A stretch of DNA of 63,991 nt, counting the filler, from Octopus bimaculoides (lineage: Eukaryota), in assembly GCF_001194135.2 (NCBI RefSeq). It is 7 parts of 7 records of this genome, joined end to end, with 100 filler letters (N's around TTAATTAATTAA, not from the genome) between each part and the next. Parts side by side here need not be neighbours in the genome. Positions count along the whole stretch, not along the records: positions 14,413 to 40,645 come from NC_068983.1; 6 more parts are not named here. One strand, given 5' to 3'. Below are positions 27,249 through 40,423 of this stretch, piece after piece. The notes beneath the pieces were generated by a model. It saw only the letters and a list, made by a program, of their open reading frames with translations, was not told where the DNA came from and searched no databases. Each line of letters begins with the position of its first letter. Within the stretch, counting starts at the first letter, position 1. Both the position numbers and the translations under genes were made by a program.

Positions 27249-28490
27249 ATGGAGTTATTTAATATAAACGCATCTCTTATAGATACACCCATTCCCCCAA
27301 GGAATGATTTCCTTAAGCAACTCATTAGTACAACAAACTCCTTCAACAATAAGGACATTAAACAACCCTCTAATGATCTAACTTCTAAATTCAAGAAATT
27401 GTTTAAATCTAAAAACAGTCCTCTACCTAACCCAATATTGGAACAGCTTGAAAATGATCGTGAGAAATGTGAAATTGCACCGTTCACCCTTAAGAAATAA
27501 GCATCTGAGGTATCTCCACAATATCACGAAAGAAATTCATAACCTGGATGGGATACTGGTTCAATCAGATAAAATAGGAGACTGATACAGACTTACCAAA
27601 GATTACTACCTAACACTGCTTAGAAAAGAAAAACAAAGGAATAATAGGATTACTGGTAAATGGGCAACCTTGAACCTAAGAAAATTATGGAGAAATATCA
27701 CATGCAGATGAAGACAACTCCTTGATCCCAAACAACGTCGATTTATTTGAAAAGATCGCAAACAAAATCTTTTTTATAACCGCACCTTACGACTTATTTG
27801 CCCTTCTAGCTCTGATATCGGTGTACTTAGCAAAAATATTCTAGATAACTATACTCCTACCTTAGTTTAAAAATTAAAGTTTACTTTATGGTCTAAATCA
27901 GTCCTAGGGGTTGCCTAGTCTAATTCTTTTAATAACAACAAATGCACTAAATTTAGTTCGACATTTCTAGTTACTGATTCCTCTAATAACCCACTTGTAC
28001 TTAAGAAGGTATTCTGGCTCGCACACAACAAAGCAGGTCGAACCAGGGATGAAATTAATGTCGTGCTACCCACCATAAAATCTATCATTGAATTTGATAA
28101 CAAGCTGTGGGTCCGTAAAGATATGCCTAATAGTTTTGATGTTACGATGGGAAGTCCTGATTCTGCACAGATCGCTGATTTGGTCGGTATATATATATAT
28201 ATATTCCTTATGAGATAACTGACTAATTTACAAATTTCAATGGAGCTGTATATCGGGATGAGTGTCTATTCTACCTCCAAAATACCTCAAACCCAAAATT
28301 ACACAGGGTTAAACATAGGTTGGGTGTGATTTTTCGAAACATGTACTTAAGCATTGTTTTCGACGATGATATAACTTAAAGCCAATTTCTTAGATATTAC
28401 CATTGACTTACATAATGATTCATATTTCCCATGGCATAAACCCTCAACTAATTTTAAATATATCAGCTCTTTCAGTAATCATCCGAAGGC
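27249..28490 (+). mobile_element. Penelope-like element, N-terminus and reverse transcriptase, decayed
   Basis: NASLIDTPIPPRNDFLKQLISTTNSF, FKSKNSPLPNP, ILVQSDK, LWVRKDMPNSFDVTMGSPDSAQIADLVGIY (Penelope RT motif FDVTMGS), YRD, QFLDIT and [21 protein letters not shown]. Confidence 0.85.
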
Positions 28491-28559
<69 letters not shown>

Positions 28560-28858
28560 GCACACACACGCACACATATATGTATATATGCTTGTATGTA
28601 TATAGTGAATACAATTGACTTTCCCCTTTTTAATAATTAGATATTTAGAAATTATTAGTTGTTTACAAATCGTGACTTTGTTGTTGGTTTCTCACTTAAA
28701 AGAGGTTTACAAACTGATATTTTGGAGTTTGTTATACACCGTGTAGGTAGTGTTGTGCAACTACGAATATAAACATAGAGGGATACATGCGCGCTTACAT
28801 AGACGCGCACACACATATACATATTTATATACACATGCATGCATACGTCCATATACAA

Positions 28859-28903
<45 letters not shown>

Positions 28904-28913
28904 NNNNNNNNNN

Positions 28914-28946
<33 letters not shown>

Positions 28947-29619
28947 AATACAGATAAATAGACAGATAGATAGGTAGGTAGTTTGATAGATATATAGATA
29001 TAGGAAGAAGGAGAGAGATATACATGTATGTATTGTTAATATATATGCTTCGAACTATGATAAATCTCTTTTCATTAAAACTATTACAGTTTTATTAAAA
29101 TACTGGATTGCTTGTATTTTAATCTACGTTTTATATAATTAATAAAAGTGAGATATAATATCAGAATAAGTTAGCAAATTTATTGATATATGCCCATTAA
29201 TAATGTACTATTTCTTCATATATAATTAAAATCTCTTTCTTGTCTCTAGAACTGTTTACATATTAGAAAGGCAGCAGGCTCATATATAAAAAATGTACGT
29301 GAGTAAACTTCCGAACTCTATGTGAAAATTGCCTATCTATCTTCCTATAATCAATTTATAGGAAGGTGCAAAATATTCATGACAGTTTTCACTATGCGTA
29401 GGCTGCAGCTAGAGGACAGGTACATTCTATCTGAATAGCAAATTAGCAAAATACTAAACAGTCTGTTGGGAGTCTGCCTCCCCTACTTTCAGTTCATTAC
29501 GCTTAAAGAAACAACGTGACTACATTAGTATTCAAACTAAACGCGAGGTTTTACAATTAAACTATGTTTCATCTTTTCTATAAGCCGATATGTATTACGG
29601 AAATGAGAGGTTTTGTGTT

Positions 29620-29656
<37 letters not shown>

Positions 29657-29721
29657 NNNNNNNNNNNNNNNNNNNNNNNNNNNNNNNNNNNNNNNNNNNN
29701 NNNNNNNNNNNNNNNNNNNNN

Positions 29722-29760
<39 letters not shown>

Positions 29761-30044
29761 CCCTCTTCACTCCATTTCGTTGCTTCAAAGCGTTCAATAT
29801 ACACACATTTTCCACGTCTAGCCGTATAGTCTTTTCTATTTATTCTACTGTGTCGTTTTCCTGTCTTGTTTTCTGTCCGCCACTATATTCCTCCATAGTA
29901 CAAATTTTTTTGGGTGGTCCGTGGGAAGAGCCATTTTACCGATGCGTCCTGCCCTAACTCTTCGTAGTATTGCTTAATATGTTTTGCTAAAATTATTGTT
30001 TCTTTTCAGATATCATCAGATAAATGTAATTAAAAATCATTAGA

Positions 30045-31375
30045 ATGACAGATCTATCGGACTTTCAAGGAAGTCAACTTATTGGTGCTCGTATGGCAGG
30101 CGTAACGAAAACAGCCGAAATATTTGATGTATCAAGAAGTACCGTCTCGAAAGTAATGACAGACTTTGAGAAAGAGGGAAACACTTCCTCGTCGAAACAA
30201 AACTCCGAAAGAAAACCAAAACTTTCAGATAGGGACTGTCGGACTCTTATGCGAACTGTTAGAACGGGTCACAAAAGTACAGCTCCCCAAATTACTGCAG
30301 AGCTTAATGACCACCTCGAGAACCAGGCTTCCACATAAACCGTTCGCCGGGAGGTGCACAAAGCCGGATTTCACGGGAGGGCTGCAATAAGAAAAACACT
30401 ACTTTCAAAAGTAAACGTTGGAAAGCGTTTAGAGTGGAGGAAAAACCTACAGAATTGTTCCTTAGAGCAGTGGAAGAATGTAAGTTTCTCGGACGAGTCA
30501 TCATATACCATATTTCCGACCACCGGCCAAGTATACGTGTGGAGACAGCCAAAAGAAGCAGTTGACCCAGATTACCTTCTTCCAACTGTTAAATATGGAG
30601 AAGGATCTGTGATGATCTGGTGGGAGGGGCTATATCTTGGAAATCCGCTGGCCCAATGGTTTCCCTTTATGGCAGAATAAATAGTCAAGACTATCTAAGC
30701 ATTTTATCTGATCAAATTCATCCTGTGGTTATGGAACTGTTTCTAGGGGAAAACAATCTTTCAGGATGATAATGCACCAGTTCACACAGCTAAAGTAGTT
30801 ACTGAATGGCACGAGGAACATTCTAGGGAAGTTCAACATTTTTTCTGGCTACCACATATGTTCCTATTCTTCCTTGATACCGGTTCCCATATGCTACTCA
30901 TATCTGCACACGGTCTGCTTAGGAGGTTGTTTTGTCCTATCATATGTGCTGTTTCTTTTAGTTTTCGTATTTTCCAGTGGTGTTCTCTGTCTTTTATTTC
31001 AACTTCATCCCACAGGGGACGGTGGTCTCCATTTTTCCATACATGATCAGCTATACCCGATTTATCAATATCTCCTTGTGTCACAGCTTTGCGGTGTTCG
31101 TCTACACATATTTTGAGGGGACTGCATGTTTCGCCTTTGTATAACCTACCACAGCTGCATGGGATGGAGTACACGCAGTCTTTGATCATATTCTCTTCTA
31201 TTGGTGACTCTACTCGAAGGAGATATTTGCGAAGTGTTGTGTTACTCCTGAATATTGTCCTGATGGCATATGGGCCACATATCTTTTGTATATTTTCGGA
31301 GAGGCCTTTCACATAGTCCATGCCTCGTAGAATTCCTATATAATTACTGCCAAAGGCGTTCGTACCCCATATTAA
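30045..31375 (+). mobile_element. Tc1-like transposase pseudogene, interrupted at about 30856-31315
   Basis: MTDLSDFQ...ARMAG, VSRSTVSKV, RKPKLSDRD, VRRE.HKAGFHGRAAIRK, WKNVSFSDES, PTVKYGEGSVMIW, FQDDNAPVHTAK. It resumes after the insert as SMPRRI...TAKGVRTPY-stop (Tc1 C-terminal AKGGPTPY). Confidence 0.9.
30856..31315 (-). mobile_element. Penelope-like GIY-YIG endonuclease fragment nested antisense in the Tc1 element
   Basis: YVKGLSENIQKIC, TIFRSNTTLRKYL, CVYSIPCSCGRLYKGET, DEHRKAV, SGIADHVW, REHHWKIRKLKETAHM are typical Penelope/GIY-YIG C-terminal motifs. Confidence 0.9.
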
Positions 31376-32104
31376 AATAAATTTGCGTAAAATGTTAAGG
31401 TGTTTCCCTCTATATCACTGAAAAGTTTCTATTTTAAGGTGTTCCCCTCTATGTCACTGAAAAGTTTCGAAACGGTGCGTCCTAGAGAAAAACGAATTTG
31501 CTTTTCGAAATCTGCGTCCCAACGAGAAAGATTTTGGTCATTAGTAACCAAAGGTATGATTTTCTATGAGAAATATCTCAACATACAGATCACCAGCATT
31601 ATATGTGTTTAGAAGCTGATGTCTTAAATCCCAAAATTGTGTGTACGTTTGTATATGTATATGAGTGTCGCATCTTATAACTGTGTCACATTCTATCTCC
31701 CACTATTTATCGATGCTTCTCTCTGATTTTACGCTTCGCACACTGTAATCACTCACCCCTATATATATCTATCCTCTGTCTCTCTGTCGTTCTCCCTCTG
31801 TCTCTTTTTTTTTTCTCTGTCTCTCTCTTTGTATAGTTATTGCCCTTACGCATGCTGCTCACCCTCTCTAACTTCACATGGCATCTCATGCAAGTCCGTC
31901 ACGCGTCTTTCTATGTATCGCTCACTCGAACAGTTTCTCTCTGTCTGTTTTTCTCTCTCCCTCTGTTTTCTACGCATTACTCATTGTAAAGTTTCTTCTA
32001 TATATATTTACCATACTCTCTCGCTCAGTCTCTCTTACTCTTTCTTTTTTATATGTATATCTCTCAAGCTGTATGTATGTTTTTATATAGGTGTGTGCGT
32101 ATTT

Positions 32105-32345
32105 TAGTGTGTAAAGAATTTCATTAAGTCAATAGAGTTGCAGGACCCTCAAAAAGTATCGTCAGCAAGCTTACGGCACACCCGAACACGGAAGGAATAA
32201 ACTTGGTGATATGCGAACACAAGTTTCTGTCTCACGGACTCGGGAGACACCCAAGTAAAGAACTGCTAATTCACGTGAACCTAAACACATCAACACTCGG
32301 TATCAAGCAGTGAAGGGTGGGTACAAACACAGAACAAAGGTAAAT
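32105..32345 (-). mobile_element. Degraded SINE-related repeat
   Basis: Reverse complement contains CACTGCTTGATACCGAGTGTTGATGTGTTTAGGTTCACGTGAATTAGCAGTTC, similar to the SINE B 3' half (CGCTTGACAACCGATGTTGGTGTGTTTACGTCCCCGTAAC). Confidence 0.45.
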
Positions 32346-32678
32346 CTCTATATATATGTTACGGAGACAATATTTCCATATCTCCTGAGGAAACACAACT
32401 AGATCTCATAACACAGGGAAACGGTTGTATAACCAAGTATCCGCAAGCATGGTGAGCGACGTTGCGTAGAAATAATTGTAGTGATTGAAGATAAATGTCT
32501 ATTCGTACTCCTTCGTTTTAACTCCAATTTTTTCAATTATTTATTCACACACTACAGAATCCCAAACGCAAATCTAGAATTATGTATCATACTACTACTG
32601 AATAGCAAACTACGAAATCTGAAGGTGGACGAGTTTTATATTGTACTCTACTACGTTCTTAACAGAATATTACATAAC

Positions 32679-32709
<31 letters not shown>

Positions 32710-32745
32710 ATATGATATGTATGTTGATATAATATATAAACACAT

Positions 32746-32820
<75 letters not shown>

Positions 32821-33085
32821 ACCAGGAATAAATACATATATATGTTATATTATATTTAGATACTGAGTAAAAACAGGTAACGAATATGAAGATGGACCAG
32901 ATGGAACAAGAAAAGAGAAAACGAGGACATATTTTGTAGAAGATCTTTCAAGCTTTTATGTGTGAAAACCTTATCTACAAAGTATGCGATCTGTTGGAAA
33001 TCTCTTTAGATAGGAGAAACCCTGAAATCCACACATGTATATGCATGTATGCGTTCATACATACATACATACATACATAGTTACA

Positions 33086-33149
<64 letters not shown>

Positions 33150-34614
33150 CAGGTATATATATATACACAAATATATATATATACATACAGATATATATAT
33201 GTATATATAAGTGTGTGTAAATATGCACACACATATATATTTGAAATTACGAACATATAAATGTGCCTATATGAATATATTTACGATTGTACAAACACAT
33301 ACATATGACTATATATGTGTAGATATATATNNNNNNNNNNATATATATATATATATGAGCACGTGCGTGTGTGTCTGTGTGTGTGCGTGCGTGCGTATAC
33401 AAATGCGTGTGTTCATGGCTCCCCTCGCATATGTTGCTTATATTATTTTATGTTGCTTACTTTGCATAAGTTAATCAGCTTGTCTTTCTCATATTCACTA
33501 TTTTTATCTTAGTTTTCCAAGTGTTTCACGTATCTATCTGTCATTCACTTTTCTGAGTGCATGCATGTACATACACATGTACGGTGTCTAACATATATAT
33601 ACATGTTAGTGGCCGATATAAATATAACATCTTCTACTTCCCTAAATATATCGATCCATACACATCTTCATACAAGGACTCACTCTTACATATACACACA
33701 CTCACACACACACTGTTTTTTCCTGTCCCTCTCTCACACACAGAGAAAGATACAGCTACACATTCTTCTTCAAAATGAAACTAATATTCGTCCAGGAATT
33801 TATCTGAAAGCTTTCCCTGATATTTCCCTAGGCAAAAGTTATAAATATAATTTTGTGCAGTCACAAGTTTCCACTAATGTAATTCACCAGTTCTGTGATG
33901 ATTTTCACCTCTTTGCTTAAAGTGACATGTTTGCTATAAACAGACATATGCTGATCAGATATGCTTTTATAAATTATACGTTGTTTCAAGTCATACTGTG
34001 AACATCTATCTCCCTTCTAACTCCATATATTCACATCTACAATACTGTCACATACAGGTCAATCAGTAGTACAGTAAAGAGTACGTCTCCTAGTAAAAGC
34101 AATAGATTTAATCTCACTTTACTCTCTGATGAAAATCTTACTGAGAGTACTATATTTTAGGAATGAATGCTTATAAAAGAAAAATACGAATCGGGATGTT
34201 AATGGTGTCCAATTTCATTGGTTGATATTTATATTGACTCTGCTGTTTCTCTGGTGTTAATGACTGGATGTCATAAAGCATAACATTTATGAAACTTACT
34301 TTTTCATCTCATCGACGAAATTTTCATGATTGATATTAGTATTTCGTAGATCCAGCGATTGACTATTAATGTATTGTACTGTAATGAATGGCTTTGATGC
34401 AGGGTGGAATATATTCAAAAAAATGTATGTTAGTGTTTCATGCGTCTCATAACAGCACTTGCAACGCTGTAAATTTCATAAATGAAACCATCGCGTCGCA
34501 GACCTTCTGTAATAATCAGCAATAACTGTGCTACAGGTCTACGAAATATTTATTATTGCGTTGTTAATATACGTCATAAACAGAAAAATGCAACACAATG
34601 TTCATTTACTGCAG

Positions 34615-34616
34615 TA

Positions 34617-34676
<60 letters not shown>

Positions 34677-34679
34677 CTG

Positions 34680-34712
<33 letters not shown>

Positions 34713-34757
34713 ATAATAATAATAATAATAATAAGAAGAAGAAGAAGAAGAAGAAGA
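34615..34757. repeat. In-phase compound trinucleotide microsatellite TAA-TGA-TGC-TAC-TAA-GAA
   Basis: Read directly; each block differs from its neighbour by one base. Confidence 0.95.
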
Positions 34758-34794
34758 GCCACAGCAATAATAATAATGGTTTCAAATGTTGCCA

Positions 34795-34960
34795 CAAGCG
34801 CAGCCATTTGGGGGGAGGGGGGTAACTCGATTACATCGTCCCAGGCCTTTCACTCATACTTAATTTATCGATCCCGAAATGATTAAAGTTAAAGTCGACA
34901 TCCGCTGAATTTGAATTGAGAATCGTCCAGCGTACTAACGACTCATCCAGCTATCCGCCT
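34795..34960 (-). mobile_element. SINE family A variant
   Basis: TTTATCGATCCCGAAATGATTAAAGTTAAAGTCGACATCCGCTGAATTTGAATTGAG...CAGCTATCCGCC. Confidence 0.75.
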
Positions 34961-34989
34961 TAGAAATAATGATAATAATAATGCTTTTT

Positions 34990-35185
34990 TACTAAAAGCA
35001 CAAGGCCTGAAATTTGTGGGGAAGAGGCTTGTCGATTACATCGACCCTTGTGTTTCCCTCGAACTTAATTTATCGATCCCGGAGGATGAAATGCAAAATC
35101 CCCCTCGGGGGAATTTGAACTCAAAATGTAAGGACGGACGAAATGCCACTCGGTATTTTGCCCAGCATGCTAACGATTCTGCCAC
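34990..35185 (-). mobile_element. SINE family A variant
   Basis: ACAAGGCCTGAAATTTGTGGGG...GTCGATTACATCGACCC...GGAATTTGAACTCAAAATGTAAGGACGGACGAAATGCC...GCATGCTAACGATTCTGCC. Confidence 0.85.
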
Positions 35186-35208
35186 CGACAACGACAATAA
35201 TAACAATT

Positions 35209-35277
<69 letters not shown>

Positions 35278-35344
35278 ATTATTATTTGTACTCTGGGCAC
35301 AATGCTTAAACAAATTAAAGAAGACAAATAATAATAATAATAAT

Positions 35345-37890
35345 GATAAATATAAAATACAACACGTCTCATTTGAAATAGAGAGAAGAAACAGATATGC
35401 TCGGTAAAAAAACTTTGAAAACAAATAAAGGCAATTTTTTGTCTATGAGCTTGAGGCGTTCGAGCTACGAAAACAAAAATAGTATACAACTAGAGACGGT
35501 GCCCTGCCAAAAAGTTAACTCTGAAGCGGCAGATCCCTCTCCTAATGCCACCGCCCGAGTGAAAAACAAAACCAAAAATGATTGGTGAACAGATGACGTC
35601 TACACCGTCATGTGTATGCATTCTACACTGCAAACCTATATCAGGGAACCACAGAATAACAAGAGAAACAAGCCAAATATGGAGAAGAATAAAAACTGAT
35701 AGAAGGTGAAATGTCTCGGAGAATACTCTTGCGAATGGCCGGCGATGTATCCTGTGAGTGGGAAAAATGCCCCAAACCGAAATAGACAAACTAATATATA
35801 AAATACACCCGGAAAATAAAACAAAACACTTCATAACTCAAAACAATGGGTCGCAATGAGGCAAAAACAGCATACTACACATCGTATCTCCGAAAACGCA
35901 TGAAACAACAGAAGAAAGAGGTGACCACAACAGAGATAACACTGCAAACGGCAAATAAAAGGTTAAACCAAAATAAAATCGCTACACTGCAACCTAACCC
36001 AGAGATAAATAGACCAGCACAGCAAATCGACAACATACATAGACAGGCGAATAACTTAGCTCAAAACTACAACAAACAAAATAACACATCATAACAGACC
36101 AGAGATGGAGATGAACCAATTGAAGAAATTAAGAATATTCGAAGAAGAACTAAACATCATACAATCCAGAAATATGGACCAGCGTAACTTTCTCCCCGAG
36201 CTACAAAAAAATAAACAGCTCTGAGAGAAAATAGATACAACAGAGGCTTACAGATAATAATGACCATATCAAAAGTTACATTAGATATCAACAAACTAAA
36301 TGACTTAATCTACTCAACAGTTGTACTGATATCCCCGGAAACTGAACTTGACACTTACGAAGAAAAACTCCCCAGCCAAATCTCAAACCCCAGAATGGAA
36401 ACAGTTCATAATAAATAAAATTCAAAAACAAAAGAAAGACTTATCACAATTTTGTGAATTAGAGATTACGGGATCAAATATGAAAAATAAAAAAGACACA
36501 TATAACAAAACAATACAGCATAAAAAATAGAGAAGTTATCTGAGAGGTAAAAGAAAAATTAAACAGAGCATAGCAGCAAAAACTTGCCGTGTAAAACGAT
36601 ATGATAAACGGGAATTCAAAATAAATACAAAAGTTTTTATAGAAATTTAAACAAAGAAACTGTATCCATGCTAATAACATCAGTGAATCAGTCATACTGG
36701 GAAGCATTATGGAGCAAGAAAAAAGAACAAAACCAATGCTCAGTGGATTAGTAGGGAAAAGGAAAGGAAGAACACAATAGAGCAACAAATATGGCCAATT
36801 ATCACAGGCCAAAACATCCTGAACGCATTGTGGAGTACCAGCAACTGGAAAACTCCAGGCTAGGCAAGGTCGCCAACTTCTGTTTCAAACACCTCACCAG
36901 TACCCATAACCACCTTGCGGCAGCGTTCAATTTATGATAAGTGAGGCAGAATCAACACAAAACTGGATGCTGGAAGGGCAAACCACCATAATCCCCCAAA
37001 ACAAAGACACCATACACGCACATAATGATAGACCAATAACATGCTTGTCAAGATCCTAAAAGACCATAGCATCAGTCATCTAGAACTGGCTTATTAAGCG
37101 CCTGGAGAACAACAATGTCTTACCAGAAGAGCAAAACGGATGACGGAGAGGGACGTATATTTATAAGGAGCAACTTCTGGTAAATTGAGCCATTATAGAG
37201 GGCTGTAAGAGGAGAAAGACAAATCTGAACATGATTCGGATCGATTACCAGAAAGCTTTCGACATTGTTTCCCACTCATGGATACTGGAATCTCTCCACA
37301 CAAATAAGGTGGCACCACCACAACTAAAGTGTATTAAACGTGCAATGACAAACTGGAAAACCAGTATAACATTAGAAAATGCCTCAAGTTATAAAGCCTA
37401 TACTATGTCCATAAGAAGGGATTTTCGAAGGATACTCTCTGCCCCCCCCCCCCCTGCTTTTCTGCCTTTCTCTGGTTCCGCTAACAAAATTTTTAAACAA
37501 CGTCACCATGGGTTTTATGTGAGACAGACCAAACATTAATCATCTCCTGTATATGGATGATCTAAAACTTTACGCCAAAACTCCATGGAACAGAAACCTT
37601 ATCAAAATTGTTCAGCAATGATATTACAATGAGCATGTGGCTGGACAAGTGTGCCGGAGACACACTTATAAGAAGCAACTTATTCAGCAATGAAAACACA
37701 GAAACTAGAGAATTAGACCACAATCGCCCATACATGTATCTAGGAATAGATGAAAGAGCTAATGTACAACACACAGAAATCAAGGAGAAAATTAGGAGAG
37801 AATATTTACGAATATTAAGCACTGATCTTAATGCTAAAAATAAAATAATAGGGATAAACACGCTAGTCATTCCAGTTACAATTTCAGGTT
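35345..37890 (+). mobile_element. Dong/R4-type non-LTR retrotransposon, 5' region and RT, heavily decayed
   Basis: N-terminal W..DDVYTVM-YAFYTA, WKTPG.GKVANFCFKHL, RPITCL, EEQNG, MIRIDYQKAFDIVSHSWI, HLLYMDDLKL, YMYLGI, LNAKNKIIGINTLVIPV. Starts after and ends in (TAA)n. Confidence 0.88.
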
Positions 37891-37903
37891 TAACATAATA
37901 AAC

Positions 37904-37970
<67 letters not shown>

Positions 37971-38234
37971 TTCCTATCATAATAGGCGCATTAAGTATGA
38001 TAAAAATATTCAGACAAATGCATAACAAAAACTCGAGGACTTGCAAATATATATAACATATAGAAAGTTGCACTATTTGGCACTGCACGCATCCTACGCA
38101 AATCATTTTCAATACAGTAACCATAAGAGCATCACAGCAAACCACAGCACATACCCAAGGCACACAATGCTGCGCTCAGTAGTGAAGTGAAAGCACGCTA
38201 TAAAAATAAATCTACTGATTAATAATAATAATAC

Positions 38235-38500
38235 GAAGGTTTTGGTCAATGACGAGAGTTAACATGATACCAATAGTAATTTGCGCACTTGAAAGTATCA
38301 GCAATCCACGTCAAAAATGGTTTAAAAACACTGGTAAATATATGAAGGTAGAACGCCTACAAAAAACAGCATTGTTTGGAACTGCAAGAATTCTTTGTAC
38401 GGTACTTGAAGTATGACCAGTAAACAAGTGTCACTCTAGTCTGTCTGCAGGCTGTGGACAGTTGAAACTTTCTATCAGCAAAATAAGGTGAGTTTTCCTC
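38235..38500 (+). mobile_element. Dong/R4-type 3' end fragment
   Basis: MIPIVICAL...KVERLQKTALFGTARILCTVLEV-stop, then 3' UTR TGACCAGTAAACAAGTGTCAC...CAGCAAAATAAG. Preceded by (TAA)n. Confidence 0.82.
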
Positions 38501-38519
38501 AAATAATTATAATAATTTC

Positions 38520-38765
38520 TGCTGTAGAAAAAAGTCCTGAAATTTGTGGGAAGAATCTCATCGATTACATAGGTCCCAGTGCTTCACTAGTACTCAATTT
38601 ATCGCCCCAGAAGGATGTAAGGCAAAGTCGACCACGGCGGAAATTGAACTCAGAACATAAAGACAAAGTCAACCTGGGCGGAATTTAAACTCAACGTGAG
38701 TGAGTGGCGAAACACCGCTAAGCACAACGTCCAGCGTGCTAGCAATTCTGCCAGCTCACCGCCTT
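38520..38765 (-). mobile_element. SINE family A with locally duplicated B-box segment
   Basis: GGCAAAGTCGACCACGGCGGAAATTGAACTCAGAAC...GACAAAGTCAACCTGGGCGGAATTTAAACTCAAC...GCTAGCAATTCTGCCAGCTCACCGCC. Confidence 0.85.
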
Positions 38766-38772
38766 AAATTAG

Positions 38773-38792
38773 TAATAATATTAATAATAATG

Positions 38793-38838
<46 letters not shown>

Positions 38839-38897
38839 CAACAATAATAACAATAAAATAATAATAATCATTATTATTATAATCATCATTATTATTG

Positions 38898-38986
<89 letters not shown>
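38773..38986. repeat. (TAA)n followed by (TTA)n: imperfect AT-rich palindrome
   Basis: About 95 bp AAT-type arm followed by about 120 bp ATT-type arm. Confidence 0.9.
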
Positions 38987-38987
<1 letters not shown>

Positions 38988-38989
38988 GA

Positions 38990-39900
38990 TCAGGCTTGTG
39001 TCGAATGGAAGATTGCAAAGATAAAGCACTGTACAAGCACTTGTGAATGAATGAAAGTGAAAATAGGTGTATAAAGATAAGAATACATTGACAATTTCAT
39101 ACGGAACTTGAAGCTAAGACAGACAGAGAAGAAAAATGGCTATGAATGACTAAAAGTGAGACGAAGCCGGAAACGGAGGCTCTAATCTGTACTGTCCAAG
39201 AGCAAGCATTATGAACGAATTACATCAAAAAGGAATAGACAATACATCAGAAAGTGATAATTTCAGAATTTGTGCACAAAATGGTGAAACGGTATGGCAT
39301 ATCACCAGTCAATGTACGCCACTAGCCCAGAAAGAATTTAAAAGACGACATGATAATATAGCAATGATTGTCCATTAGACGCTTTACAACAAGTATGGAC
39401 TTGACAAAGCAAAAATGTGGTACGAACTTAAACCCGAAGGCATAATCGAAAATGATAATGCAAAGATCCTATGGGATTTTATGATTCAGTTTTACCACGA
39501 GATAGAGAATAGGAAACCAGACGTAGTGTTAACTGAGAAAGAATGTAAACGATTCTGGATCATAGATATAACATGCTCAGCTGACTTCAAGGAATGCGGT
39601 AATGAAGAAAGAAAGACGATAGATAGATTAGTATAAGAGGTTAAGCACTTGTGGCCGCTGAAATAGGGTGGTAGTCGTTCCAATAATTGTCGGAGTCTAT
39701 TGAGTAAAAATTTTGAGAAGTGCATGGAACAAATAGAGGCTGCAGAAAGGGTGGAACACTTACAATATAGCACTACTTGGAACTACTTGAAAACTCCGGA
39801 TGGTGCTCGAAGAAAAAGGGTGCTACCTTAGTTCATTGGTAGTGAACAGCTGGCACCGTAGTACATCTCCAGTGGTGAAAACTGTGTAAAGACAATAACA
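38990..39900 (+). mobile_element. Dong/R4-type fragment: zinc knuckle and restriction-like endonuclease
   Basis: KPETEALICTVQEQAL, RICAQNGETVWHITSQCTPLAQKEFKRRHDNIA, AKILWDF, ENRKPDVVL, WIIDITC, VVPIIVG: the CCHC, RHD and PD..D motifs of REL LINEs. Confidence 0.92.
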
Positions 39901-40327
39901 TATTTATAATAATAGTGTGTTTGATCAGTTTCCAGTATTTTTTTTATTTATTTATCTATCTAATTATTGTAGAAATCGCAATGAAGACTAAAGAACGTAT
40001 ATATGACAAAACAATCAGAAACCTCTTTCAACACGAAAACAATATCGAAGAGAATAAGAGAAGCACATAAATATATATAAACTAATGCGATTAGATAAAA
40101 GAGACATTTAATATAAATAAAATATAGTATTCATCAGGAAAACTACATTTCCAGTAGAATCTTTTTGTTTGTTTGTTTTTTTTTAATTTTGGAATATTTT
40201 GTATTTTTGATAAGTATGTTATCCCACCAACACCATATCACCTTTGAACATTTAACTCAAGCAGAAGCAAACGGGAACCAGTGACGTCTGTTTAAAGTTT
40301 GACATGTGAATAAGGATGATTTATTTC

Positions 40328-40386
<59 letters not shown>

Positions 40387-40423
40387 TATTATTATTATTA
40401 TTACTATTATTATTATTATTATT

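Noticed and set aside
34482-35489. Homopolymeric amino-acid ORFs (poly-I/M/L/R, poly-N, poly-C)
   Set aside because: Translations of trinucleotide microsatellites with no splice signals or domain content.
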